A stretch of 44,425 nt of DNA from positions 1 to 44,425 of the forward strand of contig CAZEEL010000003.1 in assembly GCA_964511135.1 (NCBI GenBank). The letters are read 5' to 3'. The DNA is from an uncultured Leptolinea sp. GTDB taxonomy: Bacteria > Chloroflexota > Anaerolineae > Anaerolineales > Anaerolineaceae. Made by a program: the position numbers and the translations under genes. Below the pieces are notes generated by a model that saw only the letters and a list, made by a program, of their open reading frames with translations, was not told the origin of the DNA and ran no database searches. Position 1 is the first letter of the stretch. Each line of letters starts with the position of its first letter. Shown here piece after piece: positions 18,274 through 26,841 of the stretch.

Positions 18274-19188
18274 TTACAGAGCAAAGACTTTTTTAGGTTT
18301 CCATTCATTGGTTTCCGGAACCAGCTCCATGAGGGCGATCAGGTCGCCCTGTTCGCTGATTCCTCTGGCCAGGGTGTTTTTTGGAGCTGATTCTGAAGCC
18401 GGAATGCGGTTGCCATGCCGGATAATCTCGGCTTCTTCAGGGTTTAATTCAACTGCCGGCCAGTCAGTCAGCGCTTCGGCAGCCGGTATCAGATATTGAT
18501 ACCAGGTTCCATTGGCGAAGGCTTCTTTAAGAGTCGTGAGTGGAACTGCGTCGCGCAAAGTGAAACGGCCGCTTTTGGTGCGCCGTAACCCAATCAGATG
18601 GGCGCCACACCCCAGTTCATTGCCCAGGTCATGGGCCAGTGAACGGACATATGTGCCGGAAGAACAGGCAACATCGAGGACTGCTTCCGGCGGATCCCAT
18701 TCCAGTAATTCAAGATGGTAGACCTGAACTTTACGGGGAGCGAGTTCTACTTCCTCTCCTTTTCTGGCCATTTCATAGGATTTTCTTCCATGTACTTTTA
18801 TGGCTGAGTAAGGCGGGGGAACCTGCTCCAGTTCTCCGACAAACTTCAGCAACGATTCTTCGAACTGTTCTTCTGTGACCTCTACGAGTGAGTTTTGGGT
18901 AATCTTTCCTTCAGAATCATAGGTGTCTGTGCTGGACCCTAACTGCAGCACGGCCTGGTAACGTTTGTCGGTAGCCGCGACATATTCACTTAATCTGACT
19001 GCCGGGCCGATCAGTATTACTAAAACGCCTGAAGCTCTTGGGTCTAATGTGCCTGTATGACCGGCACGACGAAGGTTTGTGCCATTTCGAATAATTTGAA
19101 CTACATCATGTGAGGTTAAGCCTACCGGCTTATCCACAACGAGAACACCTGAAACGGTGTTATTGCTTATTTCAGAGTCAATATTCAT
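18274..19188 (-). CDS. truB: tRNA pseudouridine(55) synthase TruB
   Basis: VVDKPVGLTSHDVV and the catalytic-Asp motif GHTGTLDPRASGVL. Conserved position between nrnA and ribF. Confidence 0.9.
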   Translation of the reverse strand: MNIDSEISNNTVSGVLVVDKPVGLTSHDVVQIIRNGTNLRRAGHTGTLDPRASGVLVILIGPAVRLSEYVAATDKRYQAVLQLGSSTDTYDSEGKITQNSLVEVTEEQFEESLLKFVGELEQVPPPYSAIKVHGRKSYEMARKGEEVELAPRKVQVYHLELLEWDPPEAVLDVACSSGTYVRSLAHDLGNELGCGAHLIGLRRTKSGRFTLRDAVPLTTLKEAFANGTWYQYLIPAAEALTDWPAVELNPEEAEIIRHGNRIPASESAPKNTLARGISEQGDLIALMELVPETNEWKPKKVFAL

Positions 19189-19206
19189 ATGATTTGTATC
19201 TCCAGA

Positions 19207-20193
19207 TTAATTTGCCGATTTTTCTTCGGACATCAGTTGCTTCGTTGTATTAATAATCAGCTCTTTTACCTGTGTAAGACTTCCTTTAACTTCAGCACCT
19301 GAGGCGGCAACATGCCCGCCACCGCCAAACATTGTCGCGATTTTTGAAACATCATAACCGGGGGCGGCTCTCCAGCTTACTTTGACCAGGTCTTTGCTGA
19401 GTTCTACGAATACAATTGCTATTTTGACATCGTCAATGGTCGAGAGCAGGTTGATGAAGTCTGCATCATCTGTACTATCATACCCGGCAGACCGTTTATC
19501 GGCAAGACTGATCGAGGCATAAATCAGCTGATTTTCATATGTCATCTGCGACAGGCTTTTTTCCCATAAGCGGAGCGCTTTTACAGGCTGACGGGTCAGG
19601 TTTTGATAATAGGTGTTGTAGAGGTCTGCTCCCTGGTCTATCAGATCAGCAGCCAGCCGTAAGGTCATCGAGGTTGTGTTCCCGGTTCGGAAGCCGATGG
19701 TGTCGGTGATGATGCCTGCCAGCAGCGGGGTTGCACTGTCTTTATCAAAAGTCAGCCCCCATTCTTTCAGGTGTGATGCGATTACCTCTGCAGTTGCCGC
19801 TGCCTGAGGTTCAACATAATTGAATTCAGCATAGTATGTGTTGGATATATGATGGTCTATGTTTAAATGGGGCACACGGTCTTCAAAGGGGTTCCCCAGA
19901 CGTTTGAGATCAGAACAGTCCAAAGAAATATAGAGGTCGGCCGGTGTTTCCAGTTTCTTTTTGATCAGATGGGCATTGGGGAGTTCCCGATGACTGGCAG
20001 GAACTCCATCGGTTAAGATCATTTGTATCTGTTTTCCGTGATGCAGCAGGGCATTTCCCAGGCCCAGGAGTGAGCCAACGGCATCGCCATCGGGGCGAAT
20101 ATGGGCAGCCAGTGCGATATGCTTTGCGTTGTGAAATAAGTCACGAATTACACTGTGACTGATCAGAAGAGGATGTGTCATTGTATTCTTCAT
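19207..20193 (-). CDS. nrnA: DHH/DHHA1 phosphoesterase NrnA (oligoribonuclease / pAp phosphatase)
   Basis: Motifs HIRPDGDAVGS, NIDHHISN (DHH) and FGGGGHVAASG (DHHA1 GGGH). Confidence 0.85.
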   Translation of the reverse strand: MKNTMTHPLLISHSVIRDLFHNAKHIALAAHIRPDGDAVGSLLGLGNALLHHGKQIQMILTDGVPASHRELPNAHLIKKKLETPADLYISLDCSDLKRLGNPFEDRVPHLNIDHHISNTYYAEFNYVEPQAAATAEVIASHLKEWGLTFDKDSATPLLAGIITDTIGFRTGNTTSMTLRLAADLIDQGADLYNTYYQNLTRQPVKALRLWEKSLSQMTYENQLIYASISLADKRSAGYDSTDDADFINLLSTIDDVKIAIVFVELSKDLVKVSWRAAPGYDVSKIATMFGGGGHVAASGAEVKGSLTQVKELIINTTKQLMSEEKSAN

Positions 20194-20569
20194 TGTTTTC
20201 TTCTTCGCTTTTTCCAGGTGCGTTTTCGGTTTTCAGAGATGAAATAAGTTTTTCGATTCTGTCGGCTTTCTCAGGCGTAGGATCCCAGTGGAATCGCAAC
20301 TGCGGGAATGTGCGCAGCGGGGTTTGTTCAGCCAGGGCTTTACGCATATAGCCGCTGGCAGATTCCAGCCCCTGTTGAATTTCTTTTGCCCGCTCACTGC
20401 CTTCCAGAGCCGAATAGTAAATATTTGCATACGATAATTCGCGGTCAACTTTGACGTCGTTGATAAATACCCCGTATAAACGGGGGTCATTCAGTTCTTT
20501 CAGAAGCATTTCTGACAGTAATTCACGGATCCTGTTGCCGATCCGTTCAAGTCTTATCTTGCCAGGCAT
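20141..20569 (-). CDS. rbfA: ribosome-binding factor A
   Basis: Start placed at MPGKIRLERIGNRIRELLSEML. The RbfA-like core is followed by an acidic Ser-rich tail. The 3' end overlaps the listed nrnA start by 53 nt. Confidence 0.85.
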   Translation of the reverse strand: MPGKIRLERIGNRIRELLSEMLLKELNDPRLYGVFINDVKVDRELSYANIYYSALEGSERAKEIQQGLESASGYMRKALAEQTPLRTFPQLRFHWDPTPEKADRIEKLISSLKTENAPGKSEEENNEEYNDTSSSDQSQCNS

Positions 20570-20595
20570 GGATATCTCCTTTTGCCCAAAAGGGG

Positions 20596-22374
20596 CTACT
20601 CGCTGGATTTCTCCAGAATATAGCATTCGATGAGGTCGCCTTCTTCAATGTCGTTGGAACCTTTAAAAGCCAATCCGCATTCAAATCCCTGGCGGATTTC
20701 TTTGACATCATCTTTTTCATGTTTCAGAGACGATAATTCTCCTTCGAATATTTTATCTTTCCCGCGGAAAGAGCGGATACGGGCGTTGCGGCGTATTTCT
20801 CCCTGGGTTACTTTGCAGCCGGCAATATTTCCAACTTTGCTGATGCGGAATACCTGTAACACCGTGGCCTTCCCGATGACGACTTCTTTGCTGACGGGTT
20901 CAAGCATCCCTTTCAGCGCTTTTTCGATATCTTCTGTCAGCCGATAAATAATGTTGTACAGCCGTATGGAAACTCCTTCGGTTTCGGCCAGCCGGCGTGC
21001 CGCTATGTCAGCCTGTACGTTGAAGCCAATTACGACTGCCCGTGAGGCCACGGCCAGCATAACGTCGCTTTCAGTGATGTTTCCTGTTTCAGCATGCAAA
21101 ATATTGATTTTGATCTTGGTTTCTTTAATTTCACCCAGGGTTTGAATAATGGGTTCCAACGAACCCTGGACGTCTGCTTTTAAGACCAGACGAAGTTCCT
21201 GTAATTCGCCGGATTCTACCTTGGAAAACAATTCTTCAAGGGTGGCTTTGGGGATGGCTGCGGCTGCTTCCTGTTGCTGCGTTTTCTGTTCCTGAATCAC
21301 TGCCCGGGCTTCTTTTTCAGAGGGGTAGGTGTGAAACAGATCGCCGGCCTGCGGTACATCGCTGAGGCCCATAATTTGGGCAGGGGTCGCCGGCCCGGCT
21401 TTTTGCAGTTTTTTTCCTTTGAAGTCGAACATTGCACGAATTTTGCCCCATGCATTTCCGGCAACGATGACATCGCCCATGGTCAGGGTGCCATTTTGAA
21501 CCAGCAGAGTGGCCACTACGCCTTTGGCTTTTTCAATACGGGCTTCAATGATGGTGCCCAGGACTTTCCCCCTGGGGTTTGCCATGATGTCAATGCTTTC
21601 TGTTACCAGGATGATTGCTTCGAGCAGGTCTTCCAGACCGGTTCGCTGTTTGGCAGATACCGGAACAATCATGGTGTTTCCGCCCCATTCATCGGGAACC
21701 AGGTCCAATTCTGCAAGTTGTTTTTTTACATAATCCGGGTTGGCAGTTGGTTTGTCGATTTTATTCAGCGCTACTACAATGGGTACTCTGGCTGCTCTGG
21801 CATGGGCAATGGCTTCACGTGTTTGAGGCATAATGCCGTCGTCTGCTGCTACGACCAGAATGACTACATCGGCGCCCTGTGCGCCGCGGGCGCGCATGGA
21901 GGTAAACGCCGCATGCCCTGGGGTGTCAAGGAAGGTGATTATTTTTCCTTTGTGTTCAACCTGATAGGCTCCAATGTGTTGGGTAATTCCGCCGGCTTCT
22001 CCGGCGGCAACTTCTGTATGGCGAATGGCGTCCAGCAGGGTGGTTTTTCCATGATCAACATGCCCCAAGATGGTTACTACCGGAGGGCGGGCAATCAGTT
22101 TGTTGAGGTCTTCGCTGGCAATCATCTGACGCCAAAGAGGAATCTCGCCGGTTTCCTGCTTTTCTTCCGCTTCGAGGATTTCCATGGAAGCTTCAAAGCC
22201 GAGTTCGCTGGCAATAATGGCAGCGGTGTCAAAGTCAATCATTTGATTGATGTTTGCCATGACACCATTTGCCATCAGAATTTTGATAATTTGAATTGGG
22301 CTGGTTTCCAGCCGTTGAGCAACTTCTCTTACGGTTATACTGGAAGGCAAAATAATAGTTTTGCTCATACGCAC
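20596..22374 (-). CDS. infB: translation initiation factor IF-2 (short form, 592 aa)
   Basis: G-domain motifs [17 protein letters not shown] and NKID. Conserved nusA-ylxR-infB-rbfA context. Confidence 0.95.
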   Translation of the reverse strand: MRMSKTIILPSSITVREVAQRLETSPIQIIKILMANGVMANINQMIDFDTAAIIASELGFEASMEILEAEEKQETGEIPLWRQMIASEDLNKLIARPPVVTILGHVDHGKTTLLDAIRHTEVAAGEAGGITQHIGAYQVEHKGKIITFLDTPGHAAFTSMRARGAQGADVVILVVAADDGIMPQTREAIAHARAARVPIVVALNKIDKPTANPDYVKKQLAELDLVPDEWGGNTMIVPVSAKQRTGLEDLLEAIILVTESIDIMANPRGKVLGTIIEARIEKAKGVVATLLVQNGTLTMGDVIVAGNAWGKIRAMFDFKGKKLQKAGPATPAQIMGLSDVPQAGDLFHTYPSEKEARAVIQEQKTQQQEAAAAIPKATLEELFSKVESGELQELRLVLKADVQGSLEPIIQTLGEIKETKIKINILHAETGNITESDVMLAVASRAVVIGFNVQADIAARRLAETEGVSIRLYNIIYRLTEDIEKALKGMLEPVSKEVVIGKATVLQVFRISKVGNIAGCKVTQGEIRRNARIRSFRGKDKIFEGELSSLKHEKDDVKEIRQGFECGLAFKGSNDIEEGDLIECYILEKSSE

Positions 22375-22486
22375 CTCCTAAAAGATACACCCCTCATCCC
22401 ATTTCTAAGCGCGGGTATCTTTGATACTCAGTGCAAATGATGGGATCAATCTTAACTGTTCATGATGATACTTTTAATATAAATTC

Positions 22487-22807
22487 TCATGAGCGGTTGT
22501 CCGCTGACATCAGTGAATTATTTTTCTCAGTCAGATTTGCAGCATATTCTTCCAATTGCTGCAAATCTTCTTTTGTGATCTCAGTTTTTAAAGCAGCAGC
22601 CAGTGTTCCTTTCATGGCTTTTTTCCAGCATTCAGGCTGGTTATGAATATAGGCTCCTCTGCCGGCCATCTTTCCGACTGGATCAACCATGATTCCCTGC
22701 GGAGTGCGCACAACCCGAACCAATTCTTTTTTTGCCAGGATTTCACGGCAACCTACGCAGGTGCGTTGAGGAACATGCTTCACTCTTGGTTGTTTGCTCC
22801 TTGCCAC
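22487..22807 (-). CDS. ylxR: YlxR/RnpM family (DUF448) RNA-binding protein
   Basis: RTCVGCREILAKKELVRVV..GRGAYIH pattern. Lies between nusA and infB. Confidence 0.8.
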   Translation of the reverse strand: MARSKQPRVKHVPQRTCVGCREILAKKELVRVVRTPQGIMVDPVGKMAGRGAYIHNQPECWKKAMKGTLAAALKTEITKEDLQQLEEYAANLTEKNNSLMSADNRS

Positions 22808-22833
22808 GACTGAGTTTAATCTCCTTTTTTATC

Positions 22834-24681
22834 TTACCACTCCCAGGAATCGCCTTTTTTATGCTTTTTGCGCACATAAGTCAGGTCGCGATCAGGGTCA
22901 TATTCAACTTCTTTGAATTTCTTTTTCTTTTTCTTTGCATCACCTTTGGATGAGCTGGATGAACTGTCTTCTTCTTCATCCGAACTGCTGCTCACTTCCA
23001 GCATTTCAGGCTTTAAAGCGAATATCTGCTCCAATGAGATGTCTGATTCTTCAGTTTCAGTTTCATCCTGGCTTTCTGAATCAGGGGTTGGTTCAGGCTG
23101 CGGCATCTCTTCTGCCGGCTCCGGTGCAATTTCTTCCGGTTCAGCCTCTTCTGTAGTTTCGGGTTCTTCGACCGGGTGCATCTCTGCATAAAGCGTATCT
23201 ATCAGGTGTTGAATTTCGGCCAAAGCTTTTGGCCCAATGCCGTTGATACGAAGAATTCGATCCGGGTTTAATTTCATTTGTAAAACCAGGCTGCCGACGG
23301 TATGGAATTCTGATTCCTGCAGCAGGTTATTGACGTGTTCGGGCAGACCGCTGTCAAGAATATTTTGTGTAAATATTCGTTCAGGGTACTGGTGATGGAG
23401 TTCTTCCAGTTCGGTTTGTTTTTCGGCTGCTTCTTCAGGTGTGGCAATGGCCACCCTGCGTGATTCGACACGGTCAACGAATCGGGACATCAGCTCGTAT
23501 TCTTCAGGGGTCAGCGGCCGGCCTTCTATCTTTTTGGCCAGCATGGTTTCAAGCTGTGGAATGAAATCAGTTTCTGCCTCAGACAGTTTTGCGAGACTTT
23601 CATCGGTTTTTAACCGTTCCAGGGCATCTGAAGCAGCTTCAGACAGGCTTTTAATGTCAATTCTCCAGCTGGTCAGTTTTGCTGCGAGTCGGGCATTTTG
23701 CCCGTCACGGCCAATGGCCAGGCTGAGCTGATCTTCAGGGACGACCACGGTAGCGGTTTTATTGGCAGACGAGCGATCGGTTAAATATACGCCGATCACG
23801 CGGGCCGGGCTGATGGCTTTGGAGATGAAGATGGCGGGGTCATTGTTCCATTCAATCACATCAATTTTTTCGTCGTGCAGTTCACGGACAATGGCCTGAA
23901 TGCGAACACCCCGGATCCCTACGCATGCGCCTACGGGGTCAATACCCTGCTGGGTTGCTGAAACCGCAATTTTGGCCCGTTCGCCGGGTTCGCGGGCTAT
24001 CGAACGTATTTCTACCACGCCATGATATATTTCTGGAACTTCCGTTTCCAGCAGCCGGCGAAGGAAGTCGCGATGGGTGCGGGTAAGCATAATCTGCGGG
24101 CCGCGATTGCTGTCTTTAACTTCGCCAACCAGCGCTCGGACACGGTCATGGATATGGAACCGTTCCTGCGGGATCATGTCTTTTCGCAGCATGGTTCCTT
24201 CTGCACGCAGTTCAAGCCCAATGGTTAATCCCTGGGCATTAACGGCCTGCACGACACCGCTGATGATTTCGCCAACTTCTTTTTGATAATAATCCAGTTG
24301 CGCCTGGCGTTCAGCGTCGCGGATGCGCTGCTGAATGACCTGACGGGCGGTCTGGGCTGCTACACGCCCCAGATTGGGGGGGGTGCTGTCAACCATGAGC
24401 ATGTCGCCCACCTGAGCATTGGGATTGACCTGACGGGCTTCGTTTAGTTCAACCTCAGTACGGTTATCCTGCACGCCTTCTACAACTTCTTTTTCAGCAA
24501 AGATCGCCATTTTTCCGGTATCTGCATCGACTTTGGCTTCGATATTCTGATTGGCTGATGCGTTGACTTCACGCCGGTATGCAGAAACCAGCGCAGACTC
24601 TAATGCCTGAAGGATAATATCCTTGGGTAAGCCCTTCTCTTCAATTACTTCATTGAATGCGAGAAAAAATTCGTTCTTCAT
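22834..24681 (-). CDS. nusA: transcription termination/antitermination factor NusA with long acidic and Lys-rich C-terminal extension
   Basis: NusA N-terminal, S1 and KH regions (GEIISGVV, GACVGIRGVRIQAIVREL, LAIGRDGQNARLAAKLT). Start placed at MKNEFFLAFNEV (24681), preceded by GGAAGGA. The listed 22-codon N-terminal extension covers a hairpin. Confidence 0.95.
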   Translation of the reverse strand: MKNEFFLAFNEVIEEKGLPKDIILQALESALVSAYRREVNASANQNIEAKVDADTGKMAIFAEKEVVEGVQDNRTEVELNEARQVNPNAQVGDMLMVDSTPPNLGRVAAQTARQVIQQRIRDAERQAQLDYYQKEVGEIISGVVQAVNAQGLTIGLELRAEGTMLRKDMIPQERFHIHDRVRALVGEVKDSNRGPQIMLTRTHRDFLRRLLETEVPEIYHGVVEIRSIAREPGERAKIAVSATQQGIDPVGACVGIRGVRIQAIVRELHDEKIDVIEWNNDPAIFISKAISPARVIGVYLTDRSSANKTATVVVPEDQLSLAIGRDGQNARLAAKLTSWRIDIKSLSEAASDALERLKTDESLAKLSEAETDFIPQLETMLAKKIEGRPLTPEEYELMSRFVDRVESRRVAIATPEEAAEKQTELEELHHQYPERIFTQNILDSGLPEHVNNLLQESEFHTVGSLVLQMKLNPDRILRINGIGPKALAEIQHLIDTLYAEMHPVEEPETTEEAEPEEIAPEPAEEMPQPEPTPDSESQDETETEESDISLEQIFALKPEMLEVSSSSDEEEDSSSSSSKGDAKKKKKKFKEVEYDPDRDLTYVRKKHKKGDSWEW

Positions 24682-24721
24682 TCCTTCCTGCTCCGAAAAA
24701 ACCAGGTTCTGTATTATAAAG

Positions 24722-24744
24722 AAAAGTGGGGCTCGCCCACTTTT
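24722..24744 (-). terminator. terminator-like hairpin about 40 nt upstream of the nusA ATG (leader attenuator, or terminator of the upstream hydrolase gene)
   Basis: The minus strand reads AAAAGTGGG-CGAGC-CCCACTTTT followed by CTTTATAAT. This is a 9-bp stem with a U-rich 3' flank. Confidence 0.6.
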
Positions 24745-24774
24745 CAATGTGCATACTATTCACTTCTGTAAGCA

Positions 24775-24803
24775 AATATACCATACTTGTATTTCAGAAT
24801 CAA
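24775..24803 (-). promoter_or_regulatory. candidate promoter TTGATT-N17-TATATT upstream of the nusA leader hairpin
   Basis: Read on the minus strand. The -35 lies within the last unit of the 14-nt tandem repeat. A perfect alternative -10 TATAAT (24713..24718) lacks a good -35. Confidence 0.35.
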
Positions 24804-24845
24804 GTGCAGAAAATCAAGTGCAGAAAATCAGGTGCAGAAAATCAC
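24798..24845. repeat. 14-nt tandem repeat, about 3.4 copies (AATCAAGTGCAGAA)
   Basis: aatcaagtgcagaa aatcaagtgcagaa aatcaggtgcagaa aatcac, read directly. On the nusA strand the unit is TTCTGCACTTGATT, so each copy offers a TTGATT/CTGATT hexamer. Confidence 0.9.
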
Positions 24846-24921
24846 ATGTGCTGACAATCCTGCAAAAGCGTGGGTTGAAGCTTTTCAGAGCTGAGGTGAA
24901 GGTCGGACGGGTGGTTATAAA

Positions 24922-24945
24922 GTTATTCTGTATGTTATTCTGTAT
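24922..24945. repeat. 12-nt tandem duplication (GTTATTCTGTAT x2) spanning the hydrolase stop codon
   Basis: The minus strand reads CAT ACA GAA TAA CAT ACA GAA TAA, so the C-terminal H-T-E-stop is duplicated. Confidence 0.85.
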
Positions 24946-25831
24946 GGGAACGGGGCATTCTGTTACCTGGCTCTGCCAATGCCGGGCGGGCTGTTTGTGC
25001 TGGCGGGGTCATGTTTTCTGCCGGGCGCGGAAACCATGCATATGCGGGGCGGGATGAAGGCATCCCGCAGCAGCTTCGCACCTCGGCGGCCCACTGTGCC
25101 AGGAAGCAGAATAATAATTCTTCATGCTGCAAATTGTGTTCCCGAATATCGGGATTTTTGAAATGCTGCAAATACCGCGCCCGATACTTCGGCCCCATTT
25201 TGAGGGCGTAAAAACAGTGAATGGTTGTACCCGGTAGATGGATTCCATTTTCCAGGGGAGTGGTCAGGTCGGAATAGTATTGGTTGAAAATACTGTCGGT
25301 TTTGACAAAGCGCATATCCCGGCTGCCGATGCCGAAGATTTTCAGCGCGGCTTTCAGGTAATCTGCGTTTTCATGCTGCTCCAGCTTATTTTCCAGCCAT
25401 CCGGGCAGCCTGCCCTTTTGCAGCAGGCCGTGCAGTATGCGCGCCATGATTTTGCCTTTCAGCCATGCCAGCGGTCCGCCGCCCTGGTCAAGGTCGGAAC
25501 TGCCCAGAATGCCGTGATCCATTCTCACGCGTCTGCGCTGTATCAGCAGACCTACGAAGCTGCCGCCCAGTGAGCAGCCGTAGGCTGCGCAGATATGTCC
25601 GCCGAAAGACCGGAGAATATACTCTTCGATTTTTTCAGTTTCCTCCAGCATGGCAGAGAAAACGGCATTTGGTTCTGTTTCGTCAAAGCCGTCGTAAGAA
25701 ACAAAAACGATCTGAAAATCCGGTTCCAGCAGTGGAATCAGGGTTTGCGCATTGCATTGCCAGTGGCAGCAGGTGCCGGGAAAGATCATCAGTACCGGCT
25801 TCTCAAAATCTCCAAAGGTATAAAATTTCAT
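24935..25831 (-). CDS. alpha/beta hydrolase fold protein
   Basis: The nucleophile elbow G-C-S-L-G-G (AAYGCSLGGSF) follows a beta-strand. The N-terminal PVLMIFPG oxyanion-type segment is present. About 45 aa of Pro/Ala/Arg-rich C-terminal tail look atypical. Confidence 0.7.
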   Translation of the reverse strand: MKFYTFGDFEKPVLMIFPGTCCHWQCNAQTLIPLLEPDFQIVFVSYDGFDETEPNAVFSAMLEETEKIEEYILRSFGGHICAAYGCSLGGSFVGLLIQRRRVRMDHGILGSSDLDQGGGPLAWLKGKIMARILHGLLQKGRLPGWLENKLEQHENADYLKAALKIFGIGSRDMRFVKTDSIFNQYYSDLTTPLENGIHLPGTTIHCFYALKMGPKYRARYLQHFKNPDIREHNLQHEELLFCFLAQWAAEVRSCCGMPSSRPAYAWFPRPAENMTPPAQTARPALAEPGNRMPRSHTE

Positions 25832-26097
25832 AGAATACCAGACGTTTCTTTCTCGTGGTTAAATTTAACTGCTGCCGTGCTGCGGTCATGGGACACCGCA
25901 CTGACTGTTACCGGGCAGCAGATATGGCTTGAGTTGTTAAGAATGCTTCAAGGTGAGCCAATGATATTTTCATTGTTAACCAACTTTTCAGGATGTGTGC
26001 TTTGGGCGTTAAACCCTGTTAAAAAATCTCTCTGTGTTGAACATTCATGGGCAGAGCGCACAGGGAATGCGGCATTCTGCCTGGCTGTAACCCGGAT

Positions 26098-26826
26098 TTA
26101 TTGTTTTGCTTCAGGCTGGATTTCTACCTGGATATTATCGCTCATCGTTTTCCCCAGCACATGGGTTTGGTTTGTTCTGTTCAGAAAAACCTGCCGGGCG
26201 CTGTCAACCGGGTTGACCTGCCGTACTTCAAGCAGGGTTCCGGGACATAAGCCAATGGACTGTAAATATGCAAGAAACACAGAGTTCTGATCTGTAATTT
26301 GCCGGACGGTTCCTTTATCTCCGGGCTGTAAGTCTGAGAGGAGTACCAGTAAACGGGAGGTGTCGAGTATCAGATTTTCATTGGGGATGGGATGCCCATG
26401 CGGATCGTAGGATGGTTCTTGAAGCAACCGGGCAATTCGATCAATGAAATAGGGTGATACGGCATGTTCCAATATGTCTGCTTCCTGATGGATGGCTTCC
26501 AGCGGGTACTCCAAAATTTGATAGAGAAACTGTTCAATCAGGCGATGGCGCCGAATAATCAGCAGGGCGGCTTTTTCTCCGGCTGCCGTTAAAGATATGC
26601 CGTGATGTTTGCGGTAGCTGACCAGTTTGGGGTAGTTTTCAGCCAGTTTTTGCATCATATGTGTGACGGAAGCCGGGCGAATATTCAGCTCTTCGGCCAG
26701 CGCTACCGTTGAGGTAGGCTGGCCGGTACGGGTTTGCATGTAAATGGCTTTCAGGTACGTTTGTTCTGCCGATGTAATTTCATCTGTTTCGAACGTTGGT
26801 TTTTCATCCATTACAGAATACCTCAC
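26098..26826 (-). CDS. mntR: DtxR/MntR family metal-dependent transcriptional regulator with C-terminal FeoA/SH3-like domain
   Basis: wHTH region YLKAIYMQTR..STVALAEELNIRPASVTHMMQKL. Dimerisation/metal region RRHRLIEQFL..HQEADILEH. C-terminal part LQPGDKGTVRQI..GLCPGTLLEV. It is the last gene of the metal ABC operon. Confidence 0.8.
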   Translation of the reverse strand: MRYSVMDEKPTFETDEITSAEQTYLKAIYMQTRTGQPTSTVALAEELNIRPASVTHMMQKLAENYPKLVSYRKHHGISLTAAGEKAALLIIRRHRLIEQFLYQILEYPLEAIHQEADILEHAVSPYFIDRIARLLQEPSYDPHGHPIPNENLILDTSRLLVLLSDLQPGDKGTVRQITDQNSVFLAYLQSIGLCPGTLLEVRQVNPVDSARQVFLNRTNQTHVLGKTMSDNIQVEIQPEAKQ

Positions 26827-26841
26827 TTATTTCAAAACACT

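Noticed and set aside
21274-22440. 388-aa + strand ORF antisense to infB
   Set aside because: It is a long antisense frame typical of conserved genes with strong codon bias. Its translation is Gly/Phe/Asn-rich without motifs, and IF-2 on the minus strand is unambiguous.
24682-24747. 22-codon N-terminal extension of nusA (MKSGRAPLFFIIQNLVFSEQEG)
   Set aside because: The extension is encoded by the terminator-like hairpin and its U-tract. The internal ATG at 24681 has a GGAAGGA RBS and matches the usual NusA N-terminus.
6618-24845. Tandem repeats at 6618..6865 and 24798..24845 checked as possible CRISPR arrays
   Set aside because: The units are directly adjacent with no unique spacers, at 39 nt (in-frame coding) and 14 nt respectively. 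No cas genes are present.
25869-25921. Branched hairpin CTGCTGCC..GGCAGCAG considered as the mnt operon terminator
   Set aside because: It lies about 177 nt beyond the mntR stop, has only a weak T-rich flank on the minus strand, and its inner helix needs a bulge. That is not enough to annotate it.
25595-26290. 231-aa + strand ORF bridging the hydrolase and mntR genes
   Set aside because: It overlaps two well-supported minus-strand genes and the spacer between them, and it has no motifs.
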